64,000 bases of DNA from an uncultured Armatimonadia bacterium (GCA_963749155.1 CAVVLO010000001.1:896001-960000); one strand, 5' to 3'. Shown: positions 19,867 through 31,799, numbered from the stretch's first letter. Notes: a model not told the origin generated them from the letters alone. Translations and numbers: made by a program.

Positions 19867-20334
19867 GTGTACAACCGAGTTATCCTGATAGGCAGGCTTA
19901 CAAGGGACCCTGAGCAGCGCACCACCGGCAGTGGGATAACTGTTGCCAACTTTACCTTGGCAGTGGACCGCCGGTATGGTCGTTCGGACGATTCCAAGGA
20001 GTCGCAAACCGACTTCATCGATATCGTTGCGTGGCGCCAGCTCGGTGATCTGGTTGTTCAGTACGTTACAAAGGGCCGTATGGTCGCTGTAGAAGGCAAG
20101 CTGCAGGTTCGCAAATGGCAGGACAGCAACGGCAACAACCGCACCACTTACGAGGTCGTAGCTGACGATGTGCGGTTCCTCGAGTCTCGCCGTAGCCAGG
20201 ACTCGGGTGACCGGCCACCGGCAAGCCAGGAACAAAGCGACACTTTTGCCGCTGATAAAGACTATGAAGACAATAATGATGTGTTCGGCTCAAGCGATTT
20301 CGGGGACGATGAAGACCCCCTCGCGATGAGCTAG
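19867..20334 (+). CDS. ssb: Single-stranded DNA-binding protein
   Basis: NRVILIGRLTRDPE, FTLAVDR, VAVEGKLQ, acidic tail; rpsF-ssb-rpsR synteny. Confidence 0.95.
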   Translation: MYNRVILIGRLTRDPEQRTTGSGITVANFTLAVDRRYGRSDDSKESQTDFIDIVAWRQLGDLVVQYVTKGRMVAVEGKLQVRKWQDSNGNNRTTYEVVADDVRFLESRRSQDSGDRPPASQEQSDTFAADKDYEDNNDVFGSSDFGDDEDPLAMS

Positions 20335-20349
20335 ATCGGGAGGTAACCC

Positions 20350-20577
20350 ATGCCGAAAGTGTTTTATCGCAGAAGGAGAAAGGTCTGCGTTTTTTGTGCC
20401 GAGAAGCTTCCTGCGGCCAACTTCAAGGATATTAACCGCCTCAAGTCTCTTATGAACGAGGACGGCCGGATCCTTCCCCGCAGGCAAAGTGGCACTTGCG
20501 CTCGCCATCAGCGCGCGGTTGCGCAGGCTATCAAGCGCGCCCGGTTTATGGCCTTGCTGCCGTATACCAATCGTTAA
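20350..20577 (+). CDS. rpsR: 30S ribosomal protein S18 (Zn-binding form)
   Basis: [23 protein letters not shown]...AIKRAR..ALLPY. Confidence 0.96.
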   Translation: MPKVFYRRRRKVCVFCAEKLPAANFKDINRLKSLMNEDGRILPRRQSGTCARHQRAVAQAIKRARFMALLPYTNR

Positions 20578-20592
20578 CCCTATTGTAAGGAA

Positions 20593-20616
20593 GAGCCCGT
20601 CCTTCGGGGCGGGCTC
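20593..20616 (+). terminator. Hairpin after rpsR (no U tract)
   Basis: GAGCCCGTCC-ttcg-GGGCGGGCTC. Confidence 0.5.
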
Positions 20617-20639
20617 CTGCACGTGAAGGAGGAAGCACG

Positions 20640-21753
20640 ATGTGCACCGAGTGCGGCTGCCATGGCCACTCTCACGTCAATCTGGACGACCTGGCCCACC
20701 TCAAGCAACATGACCCCGATGGGATGCTGGACCTCACGATCGGCCTCACCGAGCAAATCCGCAAAGCTGTCGAGCTAGCCAGGGTCGTTGACCTGCCCGC
20801 AAGTTACGGACAGGTAAAAAATGTTATCGGAACTGGTATGGGGGGTTCTGGAATCGGCGGAGCTTTTTGCGCTCAACTTTTCCAGGACGTGCTGACCGTC
20901 CCGATGGCTTCCAACCGAGACTATACGCTGCCCGCCTACGCCGGGCCTGATACTCTTGTTATCGCCGGCAGCTATTCCGGCAATACCGAAGAAACCCTGA
21001 CCGCCGCCGCAGAGGCCCAGCGGAGAGGCTGCAAGGTCTTCTGCGTTACCGGTGGGGGAGAGCTGCTGGCCTTTGCCGAAAAGCACGGGCTTCCTTATGC
21101 CAAGGTGCCGACGGGCCTTGCTCCGCGCGCAGCGGCCGGTTATATGTTTGTCCCACAGGTCTTCGCGCTCCAGAAGGCGGGGCTTATCCCCGACCAGACG
21201 GCTGCCTTTGAAGAGGCCATCGCGCTGCTGGGTGAGTTGCTCGAGACCTGGCGGCCCGAATCGAAACTGGATGATAACCCGACCAAGCAGCTTGCTGAAG
21301 AGCTCTTTGGACACATCCCCCTGATATACGGCGAATTCGGTTATCTTGGGGTTATCGCCGAGCGCTGGAAGGACCAGATCAACGAGAATTCGAAGGTCAT
21401 CGCATATAACAATGTGTTGCCTGAACTCAATCATAACGAGGTCGTTGGCTGGGAGCTGCCTGAAGAACTGGCCGAGGTCTTCTCCGTCGTGCTGCTGCGG
21501 GACGAGGACTGCGAATATCCGGTATCAGCTTCGCGCCGAGGTTACCCGGCAACTCGTGGCAATGAAAGGTTGCGGCGTTGCGGAAGTCTGGACTCAGGGC
21601 GAAAGCCGCCTCGCGAAGCTTCTCACAACGATGCACTTTGGCGACTGGGTGAGCATCTACCTGGCTGCAATGTATGGAGTGGATCCGAGCAGCATCGACA
21701 ACATAAAGCTGCTGAAGGCAAAACTGGCGGAGGCAGGTCCCGTCAAGTTTTAG
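20640..21753 (+). CDS. Bifunctional phosphoglucose/phosphomannose isomerase (SIS); apparent indel near 21525
   Basis: GMGGSGIGG, SYSGNTEET, PRAA, RWK.QINENSK, PELNHNEVVG; C-terminus GDWVSIYLA..YGVDP continues in ORF 21346..21753. Confidence 0.88.
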
Positions 21754-21765
21754 GGGAGACCAATT

Positions 21766-22615
21766 ATGTCTCTGGCCTATGCCAGTGAGTTGCTGACGAA
21801 GGCCCGGACCGCAGGTTATGCGGTTGGGGCCTTCAATATGTATAACCTCGAGACGCTGCAAGCTATCATCAGCGCTGCTGAAGAGCTGCGCGCCCCCGTC
21901 CTCGTCCAGGTCAACGCCGGCACGGCCGAGTTTATGGGCCAGCAGACCGTCGCAAACCTGGTGCGTACAACTTGCGGTTGTTGCTACTGTGCCTGTGGCG
22001 CTGCACCTCGACCATGGCAAGAGCTTCGATGAGGTTATGACCGCGCTCAGGCTTGGTTACACTTCTGTGATGTTCGATGGATCCAGCCTTTCACTCGAAG
22101 CCAACGCCGATGCGACCCGAGAAGTCGTGAAGGTAGCCCACTCGATGGGGGTACCTGTCGAGGGTGAGCTTGGGCGTATTGCAGGCTCGAAGACGGGAGA
22201 AGACCTGGCCGAGTCGGATCTGACTACGCCTGAGGGCGCCAAAGCCTTCGTCGAAGCGACGGGAGTTGACTCGCTGGCGGTAGGGGTAGGCACCCAGCAT
22301 GGCTTGTATCGTCAGCCTCCAGCCTTGCGCTTCGACCTGCTTGAGGGCATCGCAAAGCAGGTGGCTTTGCCCCTCGTAATGCACGGAGGCACCGGGGTCA
22401 GTGGTGACGACATCCAGCGCGCGGTCAGCCTTGGTATCAGCAAGTTTAATGTGGCAACAGGCCTGAAAGTCGGCTTTATGCAGACGCTGGAGCAGCAGTT
22501 CCAGGCGAAACCGGGCGAGCAGGATTTACGCAAGCTGATGAGCCTGGCGAGAACCCAGGTGAAGACGATGGTCGCGGAGTATATCCAGTTGCTTGGCTGC
22601 GCGGGCAAGGCGTAG
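21766..22615 (+). CDS. Class II fructose/tagatose-bisphosphate aldolase; apparent indel near 21970
   Basis: YAVGAFN in the first frame; ALHLDH, SVMFDGS, VEGELG, DSLAV..GT.HG, PLVMHGG and KFNVAT in the second. Confidence 0.9.
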
Positions 22616-22630
22616 GAAACGGAGAGGCAG

Positions 22631-23635
22631 ATGGACAGCTTCAGGCTAAATACTGAAGGCAAATATGCACTCGGGCTGGATCTCGGCGGCACCACAATGG
22701 CAGCCGCAGTCATCGACCAGTCAGGCGTCATCGTGGGACAGGTTGCCTCGGACGATACACCAGCCAGAAGCGGCGCGGAGGCTGTAGCTACGAAGCTGGT
22801 AAGTACACTGAGACGCGCTCTGGAGAGCAGCCAGATAGACCCAGCCGACCTGATGGGGATCGGGATGGCGGTGCCTGGCCAGCTCAAATCCAGTGAAGGC
22901 CTTGTCATATTTAGTCCCAACTTTGACTGGCACCACGTGAACATAGCGCGCCCAGTGGCCGAGGCTTTCGGCCTGCGGACTTTTATTTTTAACGATGTGA
23001 ACACGGCCACACTCGGCGAGCTCTGGTTTGGCGCTGGCAGGGCCGTTGATAATATGGTGATGATCACCCTTGGCACGGGCATCGGTGGCGGGGTCGCGAT
23101 GGAAGGCCGGGTGCTGGCCGGGCCTCGCGAAGCGATCGGCGAGATTGGCCATATCACCCTGGAGCCGGATGGTCCTCGTTGTGAGTGTGGCAACCACGGG
23201 TGTTTCGAGGCGCTGGCGGGCAGAGACGCCCTGGTTGATCGCGCCATACGGAAATTGCAAAACGCCCGACCGAGTTTGCTTTTGGAACTTGTGAAGGGTG
23301 ATCTCTCGGCGATTACACCCAAGGCCATTGCTGAAGCAGCCCAGGCGGGCGATGAAGTGGCGCTTGAGACGCTTCGCGAGACGGCAGTCTACATTGGCAT
23401 CGCGCTTTGTACAGCAATCAACTTCGCCGATCCTGATTTAATTGTCATCGGCGGGGGCATCGCAAGCGCCGGTGACGTGCTTTTCGAACCCATACGGGCA
23501 ACCATCAAGACGCGCGCGAGGATGATCCCTTATCCCCCAGAGCGCGTCGTGCCGGCCGAGCTGGGCAATCTGGCCGGCGTTTACGGCGGAGCGGTACTTG
23601 TCTTCCAGGCCAGCGGAGTTGCAAAACCTGCCTGA
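22631..23635 (+). CDS. ROK family sugar kinase (glucokinase-like)
   Basis: GLDLGGT, NDVN.A.LGE, TLGTGIGGG, EIGH....DGP.C.CGN.GC.E. Confidence 0.92.
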   Translation: MDSFRLNTEGKYALGLDLGGTTMAAAVIDQSGVIVGQVASDDTPARSGAEAVATKLVSTLRRALESSQIDPADLMGIGMAVPGQLKSSEGLVIFSPNFDWHHVNIARPVAEAFGLRTFIFNDVNTATLGELWFGAGRAVDNMVMITLGTGIGGGVAMEGRVLAGPREAIGEIGHITLEPDGPRCECGNHGCFEALAGRDALVDRAIRKLQNARPSLLLELVKGDLSAITPKAIAEAAQAGDEVALETLRETAVYIGIALCTAINFADPDLIVIGGGIASAGDVLFEPIRATIKTRARMIPYPPERVVPAELGNLAGVYGGAVLVFQASGVAKPA

Positions 23636-23682
23636 GTGGCAGAGCAACTCCTTCCAGGCGTTGGCCGGGCCCTGGAGTTAGT

Positions 23683-26600
23683 GTGCCCAAAGCAGCGCTA
23701 AAAAACAGGTTCCGCCAGGCCGCAGCCTTCGCTCGAATCGAGCAGGAGCTTCTGAAGGGCGGCCAGGCCTCAGTGACGGGACTCTCGGGAGGCGCCAGAA
23801 GTCTTCTTCTGGCCACCCTGATAGAGTCTCGGCAGGAGGGACTTGTCGTCTTCACAGATACCCTCGAAGCTGCCGCCGACCTGCGCACTGACCTGATTGC
23901 CTTACTCGAGGCCGATACCTCCGATGTGCTCGTGCTCGTGCCCGCGGGACGCAGTCTATACAAACATTCCTCAACCGAGCCCGGCGCTAGCGCCGATCGC
24001 GCCGAGGCGCTGGCAACCAGCCTGGCGACCCCTCGACGGACCCTTATTGTCCCTGGCAGGGCGCTGCTTGAAAAACTGCCTCCCCCCTCGCGCCTGTCGT
24101 CGGTGACCTGGACTTTACGCCCAGGTGATGAACTGGCGCGCGAGGCGCTGACAGAGCGGCTCGAAGGAATGGGGTACCTGCGCGTTGATGCGGTTCACGA
24201 AGTGGGCGACTATTCGGTGCGCGGTTTTATCGTGGATGTTTATGTCCCAAGCCTCAATCATCCCCTTCGCATCGAGTATTTTGGTGATGAGCTGGAGTCT
24301 CTGCGCCTGTTCGATGTCACCTCACAGCGTTCGATAGGGCAACTGGAAGAAGCGCTTATCTGTCCGGCCGCGACCCTGACACTATTAGGTGCAGAACGCT
24401 TGCGTCTGGCGGCGGATATTAAACGACTGGCGCGCGAGCAGGCTGAGACACTGCGCCAGCAAAATCGCCGGGCCGAGGCGGCCAGGCTTGGCGAGTGGGC
24501 CGAAGCCGAAGCCGACCTCATAGAAGCTGGGCGGATGCTCTCAGGGCTGGAGCGATATACTCCGCTCTTGTTCAGCCAGCCTGCAAGCGTACTGGACTAT
24601 TGCACGAGCGCGGGCAAGCCTGTCTGCGTGATGGGCGAGGAACTTATCGCCGACGAGCTCCAAAGCTACTTTATTGATGCTAGTGCTGACTGGCAGGAGG
24701 CTTGCCTGCAGGGGCGCGCCCTCGGAGGTCTTACTTTCCAGTTGCAGGAACCAGAGCAAGCCCTCGGGAAGCTGACCAGCCAGGCGAGGTTGTTCCTGCA
24801 GGGGGTAGTCGGGACAAGCCAGGATTCGGTAACCGGTTTTCGGCTAGGCACCGCTGCAGCGCCCAGGTTCGCGGGCCAACTGGAGCTGTTCGCCCAGACA
24901 GTGACAGGCTGGCAGAAGGATGGCAAGACCGCTCTGGTGCTCACGCCCCATCCTGAGAAGCTGCGCGCCCTGCTTGCCGACCGGGAACTCGACGTGACCC
25001 TGGCCAGCGAACAGGAGCAACTCCGGCCTGGGCGCCTGTATGTCGGCAGACTCGATTTGGCTGAAGGGTTTTTCTGGGAGAAAGAAGGCCTTGCTGTCAT
25101 CACGGAGTCAGACCTGCTGGGCGCGCGCCGGGCGCCCGGACGCGAGCGCCGGGTGCGCGATGTCCCGAAGGCAGCTTCGCTAGCCGAGCTTAAGCCAGGC
25201 GACTACATCGTCCATATCAGCCACGGTATCGGCCTTTACAAAGGCCTGGTGAAGCGTGAGACCGACAGCGGCACGCGAGATTATCTGGAGATCGAATACA
25301 GCGATGGCGGCAAGCTCTTCGTCTCCGCTCAGCAGATGGACCGCGTGCAACGTTATGTAGGCGCGGGTTCGGAACCGCCCAAAGTGAATTCACTCGAGGA
25401 TGTACGCTGGATAGCCACCAAGCGCAGGGCGCGCAAGCAGGCTCTGGAGATAGCCGATGGCCTGGTGCGTCTATATGCCGAGCGCGAACGAGGCCGAAGG
25501 CTTTCCCTTTGCCGCCGATGATGCGATGCAACGCGAGCTCGAGGCGCGTTTCCCCTTTGTCGAGACAGATGGCCAGTTGAAAGCGGTCGATGGCGTCAAA
25601 CGCGATATGCAGAAGCCTTCTCCAATGGACCGGCTGGTCTGCGGAGATGTCGGTTTCGGAAAAACCGAGGTCGCAGTGAGGGCGGCTTTCAAAGCGGTGC
25701 TCTCAAATAAGCAGGTTGCAATTCTGGTGCCGACCACCGTTCTGGCCGAGCAGCATTACAACACTTTTCGCGATCGGCTGGCAGGCTTCCCGGCGCGAGT
25801 CGAAGTTATGAGTCGGTTCCGTAGTCGCGCCCAGCAGCAGGCGGTCTTGCGCGGACTGAAGGCTGGCGCCGTAGATATCGTTATCGGCACTCACAGGCTG
25901 CTTTCCAAGGACATTGAGTTCAAGTCGCTGGGCTTGCTTATAATTGATGAGGAACATCGTTTTGGCGTGTTGCACAAAGAACGGCTGAAGGAACTTCAAT
26001 CAGGGGTTGACGTGCTTACCTTGACGGCAACGCCAATTCCGCGCACGATGCAGCAGGCTTTATCGGGACTGGTAAACCTTTCGACTATCGCGGATGCGCC
26101 TGCGGGCAGGCTTTCGGTCGAGACTTTCGTCGAGTATGAGACTGACGAGGTCATAAAAGACGCTCTTCAGCAGGAACTGGACCGGGGCGGCCAGGTGTAC
26201 CTGGTCACCAACACGGTGCGCAGCGCGCCTTTCCTGGCTGAGCGGATCCGCAAGCTGGCGCCCACCGCTCGAGTGGCTGTGGGGCACGGCCAACTGGCCG
26301 AGTCCGAGCTGGAAGAAGTAATGTTCGAATTCTACCAGGGCGAATATGATGTGCTCGTTTGTACTACAATTATCGAAAGCGGACTCGACATCCCCAATGC
26401 CAACACGCTGCTAGTCCATAATGCCGATCATTTTGGCCTGGCGCAGCTCTACCAGCTTCGTGGCCGAGTGGGACGCTCTACCAGGCAGGCCAGAGCCTTT
26501 TTCCTGGTGACACAGCCCAAACAGCTTAAGCACACCGCGGCTCAGCGGCTCGAGGCCATCCAGGAACACACCCAGCTTGGCTCGGGATTGAACCTGGCGA

Positions 26601-27244
26601 TGAGAGATTTGGAGATACGTGGAGCGGGTAATCTGCTCGGTCCGCAGCAACACGGTTTCATAAACTCTGTCGGTCTAGAGCTATATCTTGATATGATAAA
26701 GGAAGCCGTCGACCAGTTGCGCACTGGAAAGGCGACCGCGCCGGTAAAACGCGCCGTGCTCGAACTGGAGCTGGACGCGCTGATTCCGGAGGATTACGTG
26801 CAAGCACCGGCGCAGCGACTCGATCTGTATCGGCAGATTTCGGGTTCCGAATCGGTGCATGATCTGCAAGAACTTGGCAAGGCTTTGCGCGACCGATATG
26901 GACCCCTGCCAGAGCAGGCAAAACGGTTGCTTGAAGTGGCCATATTTACGCTCAAGGCTGCCCTGGTTGGCATCGAGGCCGTCCGCCGCACGACGACGGG
27001 CGCTGTCTCAGAGCTGGCTCTCAGGGCTAATCTGAAGCCGAAAGTGGTCAAACTGATGAATCAGATCTATATGGTGCGCTCGTCCGACCTCAGGGCAAGC
27101 GTCACTTTCCAGCCGCATAGAATCGAGGTAGCCACACTCCTTTCACAGGAGGGGCTGTTCCGAGTGCTGGTCGATATCGTAGGCGCGATGCAGCATGAGG
27201 ACTTCAAGCGGCTTACAAGTGGAGGGAAGGCGCCACGTGCCTGA
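23683..27244 (+). CDS. mfd: Transcription-repair coupling factor; apparent indel near 25490
   Basis: UvrB-like [64 protein letters not shown]. Confidence 0.95.
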
Positions 27245-28526
27245 AATCGTAGGACTTAGCTTTAACGAAGGGGGCAAGATCTATTTCTTCGACCCCCAGG
27301 GTGAGCAATATGCCGAGGGCGAGGCTGTACTGGCCGAGACCGCTCGCGGGCTGGAGCTTGGCTGGGTAACAAGTGCCAATGCCGAAGTGGACGAATCAAC
27401 CATTGTCGCCCCTCTTAAGCCCATTGTGCGTAAAGCGGCTGAGGGCGATCTGAAGAAGAAAGAAGAACTGCAGCGCAAGGCGCGAGAGGCGCTCAAGACT
27501 TGCGAGCAGCATATCGCTCATCATAAGCTGCCGATGAAGCTGATAGAAGCCGAATACACCTTCGATGGGAAGCGTATCATCTTCCATTTTGCTTCTGAGG
27601 GACGGGTCGACTTCCGCGAGCTGGTGAAAGACCTGGCGCGCGAGTTCAAGAAGCGTATCGAACTCCACCAGGTCGGCGTGCGCGACGAAGCCAAGCTGTA
27701 TGGCGGGCTTGGAGTCTGTGGGCGAGAGCTCTGCTGCAGCCGCTTCCTGCCCGATTTCTGTCCCGTCGCTATCAAGATGGCCAAAGCCCAGGAGCTGTCA
27801 CTCAACCCGGCAAAAATTTCCGGTATGTGTGGCCGTCTGATGTGCTGCCTGCGCTACGAATATGAGCTTTACGAGGAAGGCCAGAAACGCCTGCCCAAGT
27901 ATGGTGTGGTTATTGATACGCCCTTTGGCGAGGGACGGGTCATTGGGCGTGACTTGCCGAGTCTTACCGTCACAGTAGATGTAGGCGAAAAGGGCAAGCA
28001 ACGGATGACTATCGCCCAACTCGAGGGCTTGCCTTGCGAGGAATGCGAGGCCACCGAGGCCATGTGCAGCAAATGCCCCAGAAGGACCGACAGGCCCGGG
28101 GAGCCAAGCGAGCCGCAAGAAGAGCCTCGCCCGACCGAGGCACCCCCTGTTGGAGAGTTCGATCAGCCGGCGCCAAGGTCTCAAGGTGATGATCGTGAAG
28201 CACCTTCAAAGCCGGAAGGCCCCGAAGTCAGCCAGGGCAGAACCAGGCGTCCCAGGCCCCGCCCAGAGCAGGGAAAACCTGGCGGCCAGGGGCAGTCCAG
28301 GAGCGGTCAGCAAGGCCGGCCTTCGGGCAGGCCCAGACCAGAATCCCCCCCGAGCGCCAAACCTGACGCTCCCCAAAGCAGAGGGTCAGGCGAGGGGCAA
28401 AACAAACCGCCCTCTGAGGGCGATGCCCGCAGGCAATCCGCAAGACGCCGGGGAGGACGTGGCCGCAAGCCCGGTGGCGGCGGGGGAGGCCAATCGGGAG
28501 GCGCTCCAGGCCCATCGGCTGACTAG
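27237..28526 (+). CDS. PSP1/YaaT (RicT) family protein with long low-complexity C-tail
   Basis: KIYFFDP, GRVDFRELVKDLA, RIEL.Q.GVRDEA...GG.G.CGRELCC, LNP.KISG.CGRLMCCL.YE; GTG start at 27237. Confidence 0.92.
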   Translation: MPEIVGLSFNEGGKIYFFDPQGEQYAEGEAVLAETARGLELGWVTSANAEVDESTIVAPLKPIVRKAAEGDLKKKEELQRKAREALKTCEQHIAHHKLPMKLIEAEYTFDGKRIIFHFASEGRVDFRELVKDLAREFKKRIELHQVGVRDEAKLYGGLGVCGRELCCSRFLPDFCPVAIKMAKAQELSLNPAKISGMCGRLMCCLRYEYELYEEGQKRLPKYGVVIDTPFGEGRVIGRDLPSLTVTVDVGEKGKQRMTIAQLEGLPCEECEATEAMCSKCPRRTDRPGEPSEPQEEPRPTEAPPVGEFDQPAPRSQGDDREAPSKPEGPEVSQGRTRRPRPRPEQGKPGGQGQSRSGQQGRPSGRPRPESPPSAKPDAPQSRGSGEGQNKPPSEGDARRQSARRRGGRGRKPGGGGGGQSGGAPGPSAD

Positions 28527-28591
28527 CGGTCAAGCGGGACAACTTTTCGAGTCAGTTTTTTGATATGACCAGAGATTGGAGAGGGTGTTTA

Positions 28592-30554
28592 GTGCAGCAG
28601 TCCAGATACGTGACAACGCCTATCTATTATGTAAACGACAAGCCCCATATCGGGCATTCGTATACCACTATCGCCGCCGATGTGCTGGCGCGTTATTGGC
28701 GCTTCCGCGGCTACCCTACATATTTCCTGACTGGGACCGACGAACACGGCCTCAAAATCCAGGAGACCGCCGAGGCGCAGGGCGTCACCCCGCGCGAGTG
28801 GTGCGACCGGCTGGTCGTCCATTTCCAGGATATGTGGAAAGAGCTTCACATCGAATACGATGGCTTCATCCGCACTACCGATACGGCGCATGAGGAGACC
28901 GTGCAGAAGCTCTTCACGCGGTATCTGGAGCAGGGCGATCTCTATCTGGGCAGCTACGAGGGCTGGTATTGCAAGTTCTGCGAAACGTATTTCACGCCTG
29001 CCGAGATAGCCGATGGCCTGTGCCCCAACGCCGAATGTCGGCGCGAAGTGCGCCAGGTGGCGGAGCCTGCTTATTTCTTCCGGACTTCCGAGTATGCTGA
29101 CCGGCTGGTCGAGTACATCGAGGCGAATCCCGAGTTCATAATGCCTGAATCGCGTCGTAACGAGGTGCTGAGCTTCATCCGCGGCGGGCTGAGGGACAAC
29201 TGTGTCTCGCGCGCTTCGGTTGCCTGGGGCGTCCCGGTGCCAAATGACCCCAGCCAGGTTGTCTATGTCTGGTTTGACGCGCTCATCAATTATCTCTCCG
29301 CCCTGGGCTATCCCGACGGAGAGCTGTGCCAGCAGTTCTGGCCAGCGACCGTGCAGCTTATGGCGAAGGACATCCTGACCCGCTTCCACGCGACACTCTG
29401 GCCGGCGATGCTGATGGCGGCTGACCTGCCTCTGCCGCGCACCTTGTTCGCACACGGCTTCTGGACCGCCGAGGGCGAGAAGATGAGCAAGACGAAGGGC
29501 AACTTCGTCTCGCCAATTGATGTCGCTACCGAACTGGCTGACGCTACCGGCGCGGACCGAGACATCACCATAGACGCCATCAGGTATTTTGTGCTGCGCG
29601 AGGTTACTTTCGGCGCGGATGCAGACTTCTCGAAGACCCAACTGGAAGCCCGCTACAATGCTGAACTGTGCAACGACCTGGGCAATCTGCTCAACCGTAC
29701 GGTCAGTATGACGACAAAGTTCTTGGGCGGGAAATTGCCTGGCCCTGAAGCCGTTGATGCCGAAATCCAGGCCGAACTCGCTCCTCTGCTCGAAGCCGTC
29801 GACCAGGCCTATGAAAAGGTAGACTTCAATGGGGCGCTCGAAGCCATAATGGGGTTCACAGGGCGCCTGAACAAATACATCGACACGCAGGAGCCCTGGC
29901 GTCTCAACCGGGAGGGCAGGCAGACGCGAACTGGAGCGCGCTCTCGGCACGACTTTACGCGCCACGGCAATTGCGGCAGCGTTGATTTATCCCTTTATGC
30001 CCGTCGCCTCGCAGGAGATACTCCGTCAGCTTGACTGGGCCACCCCAATCCGCGAGTTGAGCTTTGAGCAACTGGGGCAGCTTGCGACCGCCCCCGTGGG
30101 GCAGACCGTTACTGAGGCAAAGCCTGTCTTCCCAAGGCTCGAGAAGGAAGGCAAAACTCCAAGACTTGAGAAGCCAAAGCCCGAAGCCAAACCAGCTCCT
30201 AAAGAGGCAGCTCCGGTAGCGCCAGTTGGGCTTATTACCATACAGGATTTCCAGCAGGTGCAACTGAGGACGGCAAAGGTCCTCTCGGCCGAGAGAGTCG
30301 AAGGCGCCGACAAGCTGCTGAAGCTTCAGATAGAGGTGGGCGAGCCTGAGCCGCGCCAACTGGTGGCGGGTATCGCCCAGCATTATGCTCCCGAGGCCCT
30401 GGTAGGTCGCACCATCATCATCGTCGCAAACCTCGAGCCAGCAACCATCCGCGGGGTTACCTCGCAGGGGATGCTGCTTGCCGCCTCAAGTGGCGATTCG
30501 GTGAAGCTTTTGATGGTGGATGGCGACTTGCCGCCGGGCAGCAAAATCAGGTAG
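28592..30554 (+). CDS. metG: Methionyl-tRNA synthetase with C-terminal tRNA-binding domain; apparent indel near 29925
   Basis: YVTTPIYYVN..PHIGH, GTDEHG, YVWFDAL, KMSK; C-terminal ADKLL...RQLVAGI...ANL.P..IRG..SQGMLLAA. Confidence 0.95.
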
Positions 30555-30560
30555 GCGAAT

Positions 30561-31205
30561 ATGGAAAAGCTGGAGAGCACTGGCAGAAGTCTCGGTTTCA
30601 GCCTCGCAGTGGCGGCCCTCGCGGTCGCGCTGGGGGCGATGCCTCTGGCCTGGTGCCTGGCTGAGCTGACCTCACCGGCCACCCTCAACGCTCTGCAGCA
30701 GTTCATAAACAACCAGCTTGCCGGAAGTATCGGCCCTGTCGACTGGAATCAGGTCGGCGAGATGGCCCGCCAGCTCGGTTTCGACCCTCGCACTATTGAT
30801 TCGGCTTTGCGCGTGCTGGGCGGGGGAGGCGCGCTGCTGGATGCTGATGTGCAGCAAGCGGTCGCCCAGGCGCGTTCGGTGATGGTCGGGCTGTTCTGGG
30901 TGGTACTCGTAATAGCGGCTTTCGCCGCCTTCGCAAGTTTTGTCCTCGGAGGGCTTCAACGTGGATTTGGCGCACTGGGGGCTGCACTTGCGGTCGTGGG
31001 CGTGACCAGCCTCATCTCCTGGATTGCCTTCTCCAGCCTGGATACTGGTAAAGAACCTCTCGCTAACCAGATTGTGGGGAGCTTCGCGCATGTGACCGGG
31101 CTGTTTGCTTTCTTGCTGCTTGGCCTTTCGGCTTGCGGGCTGGCGGCCTATTTCATCGTGAAGCCTTCAGCCAAAAGTGGTAAAGTGATGAAGGTGAAGG
31201 TCTAG
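30561..31205 (+). CDS. Hypothetical membrane protein (about 4 hydrophobic segments)
   Basis: ORF fills the gap in the operon and has several long hydrophobic stretches. Confidence 0.7.
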   Translation: MEKLESTGRSLGFSLAVAALAVALGAMPLAWCLAELTSPATLNALQQFINNQLAGSIGPVDWNQVGEMARQLGFDPRTIDSALRVLGGGGALLDADVQQAVAQARSVMVGLFWVVLVIAAFAAFASFVLGGLQRGFGALGAALAVVGVTSLISWIAFSSLDTGKEPLANQIVGSFAHVTGLFAFLLLGLSACGLAAYFIVKPSAKSGKVMKVKV

Positions 31206-31206
31206 T

Positions 31207-31497
31207 ATGGGCGGTTCGAGCCTGCTGCGGATTCTCCAATATGGCCCCGACCTGGTCAGGCTGCTCTTTGGCCTGATGCTTGACAAGCGTGTCTGGTGGG
31301 GCGCCAAACTCGTGATGTTGCTTGGGCTTGTCTATTTCATCGTCCCTACCGATGTACTCATAGATTTCATTCCCTTCGCCGGGCTTGTGGATGACCTGTT
31401 CGTGTTTCTCATCGCCGCCTACTTGTTTACGATAATGGTGCCGCGCGATGTGATGGACGAGCATCTCTTCCGCCTGCGCGAACGCAATCGGCGATGA
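31207..31497 (+). CDS. DUF1232/YkvA family membrane protein
   Basis: DKRV...AK......VYFIVP.D...DFIP..G.VDD. Confidence 0.88.
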   Translation: MGGSSLLRILQYGPDLVRLLFGLMLDKRVWWGAKLVMLLGLVYFIVPTDVLIDFIPFAGLVDDLFVFLIAAYLFTIMVPRDVMDEHLFRLRERNRR

Positions 31498-31546
31498 CTT
31501 GCGCAGGGGCCGGGCGGTTTGTTAGACTGACTGCAAACGTCCAGCC

Positions 31547-31780
31547 AAAGGCCAGGACCGGGGAAGAGTAAGCTCGAGCAGCGCGCCAGCGAGTCGGGGC
31601 AGGTGGAAGCCCGATGCGCCAGCCAGCCGAACGTCGCCCCGAGAGCCGCCCGGGGGAACCACCAGTACTTCGGGCCGTGTCGCGCGCGTTAAGCGTAAGA
31701 GATGGCTTCGCAAGGAGCCAAGAAGGGTGGTACCGCGAAGGCCTGGCCTCTCGCCCCTTTGGGCGGGAGGTTTTTTGTTT
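31547..31780 (+). promoter_or_regulatory. T-box riboswitch (Val) with terminator
   Basis: GGAAGAGTA and AGCGAG...GGTGGAA stem I motifs, putative specifier GTC (Val) at 31633-31635, T-box AAGGGTGGTACCGCG at 31723-31737, terminator CCTCTCGCCC/GGGCGGGAGG-TTTTTT; upstream of valS. Confidence 0.9.
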
Positions 31781-31799
31781 GCAGTTTGGAGGAGAGCCG

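Noticed and set aside
28589..29965. 458-aa minus-strand ORF
   Set aside because: Antisense shadow of metG
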